Origin: Sphacelaria rigidula
Lineage: Eukaryota
Direction of reading: 5' to 3'
Assembly: GCA_964200075.2 (NCBI GenBank)
Contig: CAXNAA020000035.1
Span: 1-32,974 of the forward strand
DNA length: 32,974 nucleotides
The notes under the pieces were generated by a model. It searched no databases, was not told where the DNA came from, and worked only from the letters and a program-made list of their open reading frames with translations. Position numbers and translations under genes: made by a program. Below are positions 10,712-21,688 of this stretch, in pieces (within the stretch, counting starts at the first letter, position 1; each line of letters begins with the position of its first letter).

Positions 10712-13700
10712 GTGAGTGGGCGCACGGTCCAGCAGGAAATGGCGAGGTCAAAGAGACGAGCATCGACGATCGCGTTCATCATGTCCCGAGAATGCGCCGT
10801 CAAATGTGCCTGCGGTGTCTCACCACCCTGTTTTACTTCGCCCCAGTCGCCGTTGCCACCTGCTGCAGGTCATTGTGTAGTTCTGACTGTGGCTGCAGTA
10901 CTCTGGCGTCGGTCCGCGAACCCGAATTCTGCTTATGATCGAAGTACGAATCACTGATCCAACGCCCACGAGACTAGACTGCTGTACGCACAGCATGACA
11001 TCGCCATAGGACGCCCTTGTGTGAGAGTGGGCTTGCGAGACGTCCGTGCAGCTGATTCCTCAATATCAGAATAAATCCTTCACCGTAGCGTCGGGCACGG
11101 TGCTATGGCTATCTTTGTTTTACTTTGGCGTACAGAGAAGAAGTAAACCCACCGTGACCACAAGCTGGAGTACTGGAGTTGCTAAACACAACCCGGTCTT
11201 CACCGTTGGAATCTGACAAAGAGCGGCAAGCGTTGAGCACCGTGGATAGACATTGTGATTGACTTCGAAGAGATCTTGGTACTACAATCACTGGAAAGAA
11301 CAAGGTCGACCTCGAGGCGTGATCAAACGTAACGAGATATGCTACAATTTTCGCTCACCGGGCATTTTCACACTATCTTCATGTGGGCCGAGCCCCAGCA
11401 CGCTTTGCGTCCAGAACATTTGCAAAACGTTGAGTTCCAACATTTCGTGCATAGAGCGAGAGGGGTTCACGCGATATTGCCGTCGGAAGCCTATCGTTCA
11501 CACGTCCTAGCTTCTGTTGAACCGTAGCCGTAGCCCCGACGGACGCCAACCGGACACCCTTCGCCAAAGACAGCCGTAAGCAACGTATGCACCCTCAGAG
11601 CTCGAAGCGGGTAGTACGGCATTAGTTCGGGCACCAATAGGTGCGGCACACGCCGTGAAGTACGGGGTGTCGACCTCTCGTCCTCCTGTTGGAGATCTCA
11701 CTCCAAGTATGTACATGAAAGTTGTATATGCTTCGACCGTGTGGCTTTGACCACGAAGTCGCGTGAGCTCACTGCAACAGGCAAAGCGTGGTGTAGTTCA
11801 CCCCTCCTCGCTGACTGGAGGCATCGAGAAATCGGACGAGACGTGCGTTGCCCACGACTAATGATGATGGAATCCCCAGTCGGGTCCAAAGTCACGGTAG
11901 TAATGACATGAGGGCTCGGCACAAGATGATGGTGCGCTAGGTTGTGCGTGTCATATTGAACGTATATGTGTTGTCACTGTCTGTCCGTTGCGTGCCGTGG
12001 TGATTAAAAAAGCCTAGCACACAATACCTTTTGGTAATGGTTCGTGGTGCACACTCCTCTCGCCGCCCCTTGTGCGTGAATCCTGTCTTTTCCACCCCTG
12101 CAGCCGGAAGACTGAGAGCGGGAGCGACCGTGACGGAGGTGAGCGATATCTCGAGTGTGCGAGACGAGTACGGCGTACACGACAAACACTGGCAAAACGG
12201 TCTGTCGACAATGCTCTCAGTGCTGCTCGATTGCTGCCCGTTTGGTACGGGCGGCATCAACGCAAGTGTCGATCGGCAAAGCCCATCAAATGTATGAGCG
12301 GTGTACCCAGCTGCACTCCCACCCACTCGGGAGAGTCATCCTGCGGTGGAGATTGCACATTCGGGCCCAAATCTTCCTCATTCGAAGGCTCCTCAAGTCG
12401 GGGGCTGCGCAAGAATAAGGGTCAGGATATTCCCTTTTTTCAAGCCCGTTCGGGATATCCCCGCCCAGTGGAATGCTAATGGTGGCGTGCTCTCAAATAT
12501 TCCGTGAGCAATGCCACGGTAGGGGTGCCTTTTTTGCTTCTCGAGGCTCTGTGCTGCTGGAGCCTCTCGACGATAAATATCTGGGCCTTAGTGTGCAGCC
12601 TCAGACACGTTTCGGCCCAAACCGTGCACCCCTACCGTGGAATTACACCCATCAGTCGTTTCCTGGATGTGGTGGAGGGATCGTAATAATTCGAACCTCA
12701 CAAAATATGAGCGCACCCTCAACGTAGAAACGCTCGCGAATGTCAACCACATCTCCCGACCAACCAACGCAGGTACAGCTCATGGCGACAGGATCCTCTA
12801 CGGGGTGCTACAGGGACTCTAACAGTGACCGCGTGATGACGAACAGGTTGACCGCTGAAGATATGACCGCCGCGGTAAGAGGGTGGACAAGTGACCATGG
12901 TGCTTGCTTGCGTTCTGTGAAGTACATCGTCATCGGCATATCGAGATGCAGCTGTAGCTCCAGATTGCTACGAGCAACCGACAAGAACGGCGTTCGACTG
13001 TCGTTCCCGTCGCCGGCTACACTGTACATTTTTCACCCAAGTAGCATGATCCGCTCGTACAGAGCGCTCAACTCACAAACCCCGAAGACCGTCGTCGACG
13101 ATTATCGACCGCTACTGAATAGCTACCTGTATCTCCCCCCCCGCAGGTGTGCGCCGCCCACTGCTCCGGCTATGCCTACTTCGCAACGCAGTACGGCAAT
13201 GAGGTGAGAACGAAACATCCGGTAGTCTGTACGTCGCCCCAGTGGGTGTCCTCATGCTGCCGCCGTGCGATGATCCGATCTAACGCCTCCTCGTGTAGCC
13301 GGTGCGGCGTGACCGCAGGTGAAACACTCCACTGAAGAACGACTGCGGCGCAATCGATACATTAAACGTCGCCGGCGACAGCTGCGTCATGCTCGGATCC
13401 TAACCGCCGATGCCTCGTCGCTCTCGTTGGTGCGGAGTGCGATATTCTATAACCATCGCAGCCTAATCTTTCCGTATGAAGAAATTCCGCTACCGCTTGC
13501 ATTCCACTTCCACGATACAGTGCTGGTGTGGGCTGAGCGGTATCGACTACGACAGGCATGGGCCGGGTACTTGTGATATGGCATGCGCAGGAGACTCTAC
13601 CGAGACGTGCGGTGGATGGTATGCCTTCAGCATGTACACGACGCCCACTCCAGCACCGACCCCGGCGCCGACCCCGGCCCCGACCCAGTACGCAGGCTGT

Positions 13701-15957
13701 GGATGCTTCAAGGACACCTGGGACGACCGCGTCATGACCAACATGTTGACCAGCAACGACATGACGAATGAGGTCAGACGCGTGCGCCGACTGGCAGGGC
13801 CTACGTGACTCTCTCGCCCCACACGACTCGTGTGGTAGGACAGGCCGTGGTGCCCTGGCCCGGATGAACGAGAGCTCCCATAGACTCGCGTCGAGGACAC
13901 TTTCTACGACAGGCCCTCCCAAAACGTGGCTGATTTGGGGAGGGAAAATTTACACGTAAATCGAACTGAAAAAAGCGAAGCCCACCGAGCATCTGGGAGT
14001 TTCCACGCTTTGCTTTATGTCCGCCGATGTCGCCTGTATGAGGCGCTTCATGCAGGCTGTAGCTAAACATCAGTCGCTTTATAACCATTTTCTCCGCGAC
14101 AGTTCCTCGTTGGTTTTGGGCGGAGGCTATCGTAGAAAGTGTCCAAAATACCTTGACATCACCCCAACGACGGTATGGCGTTCGAGTCGCTTCAGCTCCT
14201 GACTGTCAGAGGTTCGAACGTAGGCACACCATTGCGCACCGCCACCCTAATCGTGCATGTCGTTCCGCTCTCCTCGCCACAGGCATGCGCCGCGCACTGC
14301 TCCGGCTACGCCTACTTCGCCACGCAGTACGGGAGGGAGGTGAGAGATCAACCCGCCCTGACCCTAGTCTCGTAGGAATGGTAGCAGTGGTTTTTTTCCG
14401 CTCGTGCACGCGGGTTCGCTGCGTTTGCTTCTGGATCGACCCCTTGGTGGCGTCACGGCTGCTGCGTAGGGCAACCACTCGATGAGATGCACGCTGTTCC
14501 AGCTCTCATCACCGCCCAATACGCAATGCATTCGAGCTCTTCTCATACGAAGGTGCACGTCGGCGTAACCGCCGTCGTCATCGTTCCCTTTCGTGCCCCA
14601 ACAGCAGCAGGGACAGAGCGAGTAATCAGCACCAGGTCGTCGTGCCGTTCTTGCGGCTTCGTCGCGCGGACGGAATGATGTCCATGAAAACAAAAACGAA
14701 CCCATTTCCGTACCTGCATGGTCGCCCACGGTGAGGTGTCGTAGAGCGATGCGGTGGCTCATGCGCACGTTGGCAACCGCCACGTCCTAGACATGTCCAC
14801 GGGGTACTCCCGCCTTCGTCGTCTTGGCGCCTTTCTCCGTTCCTTCTCGAGCGCGTTCTAGATGCTTCCTGCCTCACTGCTCTGTACGCAATCGTTGTGC
14901 TGTCGCTTCCGCGCTAATTCTACAATGCAGTGCTGGTGCGGACCGGGCGGTATCGACTACGCTAGGCACGGCGCTGCAACGTGCGACTACCCTTGCGCTG
15001 GAGATTCTTCGGAGACGTGCGGCGGATTCTTTGCGATGTCATTGTGCGCCACCCCGACCCCGGAGCCGACCCCGGCGCCGACCCCGGCGCCCACTGCGTA
15101 CCCACCGACTCTCGGATGCTTCAAGGATAGGAGGGACGACCGCGTGATGACCAAGATAGCCTCGAGCGGCAGAATGACTCCTGCGGTGAGGAACTATTTG
15201 TGCTTGCTAGCAGCTCGCGGATGTTAGTGTGCGGAGGTTACGTGAGAAGCGACGACTCGACATTCCCGCGATAGCGGCGTTTGTCCCCCTCTCCTTTTGT
15301 TCGCAGACGGCCTGAAGGCCGGAAAGCGTGATCGACAGCGTTGCACCCGTGTCGTGACCCCGAAGTTCCGATTCGTGCCGCTAGCAACCTTACAGACCCC
15401 CGCATGCGGCCAATCCCACCTGTTGCTCGCCCGCTTGCTCGCCACAGGTTTGCTATGCGTACTGTTCATCAGCCACCGTCAATTATCGCTACTTCGCAAC
15501 ACAGTACGGAAGCGAGGTGAGCAGAACAAGTTTGTCCTCGCAATGTGGGAGTACTATGCTCTGTACTGTCAGCACAACCCGCGAGATATTCCTGTGATGC
15601 ATGGGCTTGAACACGCTTAGTAACCGTACAGAAACCCCTGCTGCCACACGCTCATTCCTACAACGCCTCTTCTGACGTTTCGCGTCTCCCTACTTCGCTC
15701 ATCTGCGCGCGCCTTCTGCGTACCGCTTCCACGCCCGTTCTGCCATACAGTGCTGGTGCGGGGAGGCCGGCATCGACTACGCCAGGCACGGCTCCGGTAA
15801 TTGTGATATCGATTGCAGGGGAGATGCGTCGATGAAGTGTGGTGGTACTTTCGCCTTCAACCTGTTCTCGTTCCCCGCCACACCGGCGCCCACTCCGGTG
15901 CCCACCCCTGCGCCGACCCTGACACCCACGTCCGCACCTACCTCGGCCCCCGTTTAA
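10648..15957 (+). CDS. Secreted triple-WSC-domain protein with Pro/Thr-rich (AGP/mucin-like) linkers; 9 exons, 365 aa
   Basis: Hand-spliced exons 10648-10711, 12104-12138, 12773-12874, 13147-13203, 13521-13772, 14283-14339, 14931-15185, 15448-15516, 15751-15957 total 1098 nt, open from ATG to TAA, all introns GT..AG. N-terminal hydrophobic signal MKLAGFFLGALVVSSSLA. Three copies of the WSC pattern GC(Y/F)xD..RVM..MT..C..C..Y.YFATQYG.ECWCG....C...C.GD....CGG, separated by PTPAPTPAPT linkers. No TM or GPI-like tail seen. The exon 1-2 link is the least certain part. Confidence 0.9.
11371..11934. mobile_element. Possible MITE in intron 1
   Basis: cactatcttcatgtgggccgagccc (11371) versus gggctcggcacaagatgatggtg (to 11934) form imperfect ~25-bp inverted ends. 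Confidence 0.35.
12104..12138 (+). CDS. WSC gene exon 2 (35-nt micro-exon, AGRLRAGATVTE)
   Basis: Pyrimidine tract and CTGCAG acceptor, GAG|GTGAGC donor; converts phase 1 to phase 0 as required; homologous segment in the paralog at 108-142. Confidence 0.7.
12330..12732. mobile_element. ~400-bp insertion in intron 2 (MITE-like)
   Basis: Absent from the paralog intron (~330); flanked by a CTCG direct repeat; begins GAGAGTCATCCT like the element end at 32826. Confidence 0.65.
12773..12874 (+). CDS. WSC gene exon 3 (N-terminal part of WSC1)
   Basis: VQLMATGSSTGCYRDSNSDRVMTNRLTAEDMTAA; CAG acceptor, GTAAGA donor; an alternative in-frame acceptor 6 nt downstream is possible. Confidence 0.85.
13147..13203 (+). 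CDS. WSC gene exon 4
   Basis: VCAAHCSGYAYFATQYGNE; CCGCAG / GTGAGA. Confidence 0.9.
13521..13772 (+). CDS. WSC gene exon 5 (end of WSC1, linker, start of WSC2)
   Basis: CWCGLSGIDY...CGGWYAFSMYTTPTPAPTPAPT...GCFKDTWDDRVMTNMLTSNDMTNE; TACAG / GTCAGA. Confidence 0.9.
13895..14144. mobile_element. 250-bp MITE in intron 5
   Basis: ~31-bp TIRs ggacactttctacgacaggccctcccaaaac / gttttgggcggaggctatcgtagaaagtgtcc; absent from both homologous introns of the pseudogene; related copy at 17611-17854. Confidence 0.85.
14283..14339 (+). CDS. WSC gene exon 6
   Basis: ACAAHCSGYAYFATQYGRE; CACAG / GTGAGA. Confidence 0.9.
14931..15185 (+). CDS. WSC gene exon 7 (end of WSC2, linker, start of WSC3)
   Basis: CWCGPGGIDYARHGAATCDYPCAGDSSETCGG...GCFKDRRDDRVMTKIASSGRMTPA; TGCAG / GTGAGG. 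Confidence 0.9.
15448..15516 (+). CDS. WSC gene exon 8
   Basis: VCYAYCSSATVNYRYFATQYGSE; CACAG / GTGAGC. Confidence 0.9.
15751..15957 (+). CDS. WSC gene exon 9 (end of WSC3, Pro/Thr tail, stop)
   Basis: CWCGEAGIDYARHGSGNCDIDCRGDASMKCGGTFAFNLFSFPATPAPTPVPTPAPTLTPTSAPTSAPV*; TACAG acceptor. Confidence 0.9.
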   Translation, partial: CWCGEAGIDYARHGSGNCDIDCRGDASMKCGGTFAFNLFSFPATPAPTPVPTPAPTLTPTSAPTSAPV

Positions 15958-16517
15958 GGAGCTGCTGCGCACCAAGCCAGCGTCTCAGCACACGTTACGC
16001 AGGGATCCCGTGAGCTCGGGGCTTGCACGACCATCATTGTTGTCGTACTACCTGACTCCGAGACACGCGCATCGAATGACAAAAGTGTTAGTTTTAGATT
16101 TGTCATGGCACTGTTGTTTCACCACCATGACCGTTGTCACAGTCGACTGGCTCAGGGGATATCTGTGTCTTGTTTCATCGTGTTTCTGCGTGAACGTTTA
16201 GCCGTGTAACCTGGGCTCTTCGTGCGGGTACGTACTTACGGCTTCGCGTTGACACGGACGTATCGGTACTCATGTGCTTTTCGTGGTGGCCAGAAGGGTG
16301 CCTTGGTTAGACGTTGGCCAGGTCACTTTTGCATGTTGTCTCCTTTCACAGCCTCACTCCCGGCTGCAAAACATTCGCTGACCTCATACAAACGGCGATT
16401 GACGCACATTGCCACCATTAAGCGCACTGTGACCTCGCGATGTGTTTGTCGAGACAGAGTGGCCCCACGTTGTCCCGAATTTTGTTTGGTGGTACCTATG
16501 GCCACCTGTGTGTACCC

Positions 16518-16519
<2 letters not shown>

Positions 16520-16549
<30 letters not shown>

Positions 16550-16599
16550 TGTATGTATGTATGTATGTATGTATGTATGTATGTATGTATGTATGTATG
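16520..16599. repeat. (TATG)20 microsatellite, followed by degenerate TG/CA-rich sequence
   Basis: Direct reading. Confidence 0.98.
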
Positions 16600-17610
16600 C
16601 ATGCATGATAACATGTACGTATGTAGCTATCCATGTATGTAGCTATGTGTGTGTGGCTATGTTGGCATGTAGCTGTGTATGTATGCGTGCACGTGCGTAC
16701 CTACGTAGGTGGGTATGTTTATGTGTACGCATGCACGTGTGGCTTTTTGCGCACGCATGTGTGTACGCCGAACATATGTACTTCGTTGTACGAAGTGTAA
16801 GTTCATCCCGTAGATGATGTTCTAAGCCACATGTATGTACAAATGTACAATTACAGCGAGTACTGGTATCGTTCCTTCCCCAGCACGTCACTTGGGGACG
16901 ACTGTCTGGGTAGGTATTCTAGCCTGGGTACTTTGCACGCACGGTATCATTCACACCGTTTGCATCATGAGCGTTTTCCACGTGTTGGATATCTGATCTT
17001 TTGTTTTTGTTGGGGCCGGTACTGCTGGTGCCTCTGGCCCAGCTGGCGTACTTGGCAGGGTTGACATTGGTGCGGATGTTCTCAATCCGGAATTGTACAT
17101 AGGGTGTCACTCACACCGTCCGTTTCGTTGACGAACATATTGACTCGGTAATGATGGCGGGCTGCGGCGCCGCATCTGCTATACAGTGTATACAGTTTGT
17201 GCGCTGCCGTATTTTCGCGTGAACGTGGAGGGTGGTGCTTGAGGGAAGAGTGGGGGCTTTGACCTGTCCGAGTCTACACAAATTCCGAAATTTTACACGC
17301 GCTTAGCAATGCATGTGGCGTCGTTGTGAATACGCCTTGAGCCTCACTTCGTATGGAGGCACCCGTCCAAGGTGGGCGAGTGCCGACACTCGTTTCCATA
17401 CCGAGGAAACAGCGTGCATCAAATGATCTGAAGAGAGGGACAACCATTTTCTACGTTAAACCGTCCGTACCTCCGATATCACGACAGCCCATCGGACGTC
17501 GATCGCAAAAGAAACCGAGTGCAATCGAAAACCCAGTGATTACCATGCCTGCACGGCAGCAGCAGCGGGGCGCACTCATCACCCAGGCACCATCCTGGTG
17601 CGTCACTGAC

Positions 17611-17854
17611 TGATGCAGCGATAGCCCCCTCCAGGAAAGTGGCTGATTTGAGGAGGCAAAATCTACACGTAAACCGAGGTGACGAAAAACAGAGCACACC
17701 GAGCAGCTGCGAATCCCCAGGTTTGTGATTGTTTGTGCCAATATCGCCCGTATCAGGCGCTTTATGCAGTCGGAAACCATCGACCATGCGCTCTACGACC
17801 ATTTCCTTCGTGACAGGTTTAGGATTGGTTCGGAGGGGGGCTATCGCGCCATCA
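17611..17854. mobile_element. MITE related to 13895-14144
   Basis: TIRs tgatgcagcgatagccccctcc / ggaggggggctatcgcgccatca; internal homology (gtggctgatttg..tacacgtaaa..caccgagca..aggcgctt.atgcag..accattt). Confidence 0.75.
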
Positions 17855-20800
17855 CTTCCGTTATTCGCCCGCGCGGCCCCGGCGAAGGCAGGCGTCAAAC
17901 TCTCACACGCCCATCTCCAGTCTTGAATTGAGTCCGATCGTCGTAGAGTGAGTCACACCCCTTTTGTCGCCCACTTGTGCTCGTCCGGAATTCGCCCCGG
18001 ATCATTACTCGAGTGATGTATCAGTGCCCCTTGCCCGTAAGTGTGTTCGTAGCTCCAACGTTTCCCCGGCATCCTCACCCCTTCTTCACCCGTCCACGTG
18101 AAAGCTTGGCACGCGCGCCAGTCTCTCCATTTCCACGTCAAAGCTGGCAAAAAGACGCGGTTTGCGCTCTACACGCGAGTGATGTAGTCTGATGCTCGCG
18201 GATATGTACAGACACAGCAATTTTAGAACACGCGGCTCGCTCTGAGACAGGTGATAGCGTCGCGCATACTGCACTGACTGCGTATCTGGTCAGTCCCGCC
18301 CTGTTCCCGATGCGGTGACGTGCTCAGCACTACTAAAGCACTTGTCTATACAGCAAGCACCTGCGGCTTTGAATTCCGAAACAAGAAAGGGAATCCAGCG
18401 GCATATATCTGGATAGTTGACTGCTGCCGAGATAGCCCCCCCTGGACCGGCCAAAAACGTGCACAGAGGCGATGATCATATATGCCTTTAGAGCTGGTTT
18501 CGTGCTGCACGATACGACTCATTTGGGCGTTGTACCTGATTTCGGACTGCTACACGCCTCTCATGCGGGCGAAATTGCTGCAAACGAGCCCAATAGTGGG
18601 ATCGCAGCCGGTTTGTCGGACGGTCTCCGGTGCACTTTTTGTGGCGACGCTATCTCGGCATTAGTCAGTTGTGGCCGAGGACGAAGAGGTGTCCCCGTGC
18701 GGCGTGGAAGCTAAAGGTGCCGAAGGGTCCATCGTGCGTGCCGCTGTCAAATATCGCTGTGAGTCTGGGGTATGTCGGTCAACAACACGGATAGTTACAG
18801 AGTCGGGACAGGGCTGAGCATCTCGCGGTCAGCATGAGCTCGGCGGCGGTGAGGATGTGCCTGGGTGCGGTTGTCCGCGCGTCTCTATCAAGCCGTTGTG
18901 GTGATCGCCGGCGCGTACCCGTGCCGATGCGTGACGTATGATCGTCGTGGACTGCCGGTGTGTGGTGTCGTGCGTGGGCCCGTGCCCAACTTTTGTATGT
19001 CGTGAGGGAGGGAGGGACGGCAGCATCGCCATGTCTCTCTTCGGAATTGCAGTGAGGGCATGATGCTGCCCTGCGGGGCGCAGATTATTCGGGTCCGGGC
19101 TGTGTACGCCCAGCGGAGGTCTCTAATGGCACATGGGCGGAATCAGTCGGTTCTTGTGTGGTAGTATGAGAGGAGCTCGTCATTGCGTTGGCAAGCGGTA
19201 TGTTTGATTCGCTGTGCGCACTGGTAGATGAAAATCGGATCCTTTGATGTAGGGCAGAGGCCAGGATCATCGACCTTGTACCGGCGCTGACATGAGGAAC
19301 AGTACTCGCAGGATCAGACGGTGATGGAGACCGCGGTGCTGGAGCCGGAGCTTGTACCGAAGGCATCGCTGCTGTCTCACAGTCAGCGCGAGGGGCGAGA
19401 CGCTGTTGACTCACACGAGTGGTAGGATGGAGTAGGCGTAATAGAGGCAACCTCCGCGGCACCATCCCTGACCCGGGAAGTCAAACCCTCCGGTTCGACT
19501 GATGTGTCATGAAACGTCGTACCCGTCGTCGGACGGGTTGCCACGGTCAGAGCAACCGTTGTAAGGGCGTCACTGACACGTGTGTCAGGGGGCAAGGACC
19601 CAACCGCGCAAGACACTGATCTCCGGTCCGGCAACGGAGTCCGAGAGAGCAGGTCTCCGTGTAGTAATATTGTCTGCAAATCTCGAAGATCGAGCAACCC
19701 CCGAGAGTGGCCACCGGTATGCCGAAGTGAAGCGCCGTCGTGAACAAAAGGTCGTAGGCGGCCCAGCGCTTGGCTGAGTGAACCAAGGGAAGAACCGGTG
19801 CTACTGTTTCGCGACATGATACGAAGACCAATCCAGCCGAGCGTCTATGAACGGCTAGCAGGGCACCCAAAGGGCATGCGCTTAGAATAGTATAAACCAA
19901 CGGTGCTCAAGTAGGGTAACTCGCGTATTCCGGGCAACGGTCGAAAATATCGCGATTTCGGGACGCCTCTTGAAAAGCATGGGAGCAATGCTAAGATAGG
20001 GGTTGCGCGTTTCGATTTTGAGGCTCTCTCTCTTGTGAGAGCACGAATACATGGGGCTTACTGTGCAACCCTAACCTTTTCGGGACTGGACTCCCAGGAA
20101 CATGGTGCTTGCACGCTGGGGCCTGTTCGTGAATCGGCATCATTTTCAGTCTTTTCCAAGTAAAATGATGCCGCTTCACAAACTCGTCCATCCACCACGC
20201 AGAGCAGCCCCGAGAACCCTTTTAGCTGAACGAGTGCAGCCCCTACCGTAGTATCACTCGTGGGAAACATTCAAGCCGCGGGTGCTCACTGGGATCCGCC
20301 GAAAACTTCGGAGTTCCGGTTGCTTCTTGGAGGAGCACCGGGAAAGACGTGGGATCGCGAGCGCTCGAAAGGGTGTTTGTACCAATGAAGAGTACCGTAG
20401 TCAGGGGGGGGGGGGGCGTAATTTTTACTGCGGCAAGGTGCAGGTCGATCAAATACCCTGGACGTCAGGGGCACCAACTTTTGTGTGGTTGGCGATTCAT
20501 ACTGAAGTCGGTCGCAAGTCGACCAAAGTAACTCGGCGGCAACAGCACCAACTCGAATGCACCACAACTACATGAGCTGGCGGCAGTGACAAATAGCAGA
20601 ATTCATAGCTGATATGGCGCCTGTATATTCGAATCCCTGGTCACGATCGATTGGGACGAACTTGAACGGATCGAAGTCATGTGTGTGAAAGACAGCGGCT
20701 AACTACAAGCCACACAATAGTTCTCGTTGAGGAAGACGTTGATCAACAAGCGGTATGTCGACTGTAACCTGCGGTGGTAGACGCTACGAAGGGAAACTAT

Positions 20801-21688
20801 CTCTAACTCAGAGGCTGGTAATGCTGAGACGACGCGAACAGGATCTGCACAGCACGTCTCACTGTAGAGAGGGAAAGGGGGCAAAATATCTGTAATAGCA
20901 AATGCGCGGCGTCCTCAGAAACCCCGCGGCGTACACGATGAGAGACAGCTCGAGATGGAAGGTGACAAAGTGCCTGCACGGTTGCGTGCTGTCGCGGCTG
21001 GAACGATATCACGGAAAATTACGGCCAGGCAAGAAGGCGGCATTTCGAAACGTGCTACAAGTATGCAGCGTACTAGGCGCGCGGAGACGCGCAGCCACAC
21101 AAGGGAGCGACAATCAAAATTAGGTGCTACAGATGAGCAGCTTGCAGAATGCAACGGGAAATGGCGCATGAACGGCGACGGAAGAACCGTGCGATTGTCG
21201 AAACATCCAAGGGGTGCCAACTATGTCCTGTACGAAGCCACGCAAATTCTGACTGCGAGGGCAGCACAGACACTACGAGTGGTCATAATCGTGTGATACC
21301 GTGTCCGTGAATGAGCAGTTTCGGGCGGGCTTGACAGCGGCTACACACCTAGAACACAACGGTCGGAAAGCGAAGGGCTTGCGAGGAAACAATGCTCCGA
21401 TGTCTTCAGTTGTAATCGTGAACAACTCCGAAGCACAGGGCTGAATGCCACAGCGACGTACTATAGTGTGGGCGTTCATCTGCAAGAGTCAATGCCCTGC
21501 GGAGTGCAGCACGGCCAGAGAAAAGCTTTTGAAAACAAGGCCGACCGAAAGCAGTGATTGTGCGGTGCTGCAGTCGCAAGGGCACTCAACGCTGAACGTG
21601 AATTAGGAGGTACCATTGAGCGCAATGAGCTGTGAGGCAGGCACAAGCTGTGCAGAGGCTACTGGAACAGGGGCAAAGCAGCATCACA

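Noticed and set aside
11136-11304. Candidate extra exon in intron 1 after a good-looking TACAG acceptor
   Set aside because: Stop codon after three codons in the required phase, and stops in the other frames
16222-16817. ORFs with MYVC or HTYI repeats
   Set aside because: Translation of the (TATG)n microsatellite
18829-19900. Overlapping minus-strand ORFs, possibly a decayed gag-like gene
   Set aside because: No recognisable motif (no CCHC, protease or integrase signature); cannot be supported without a search
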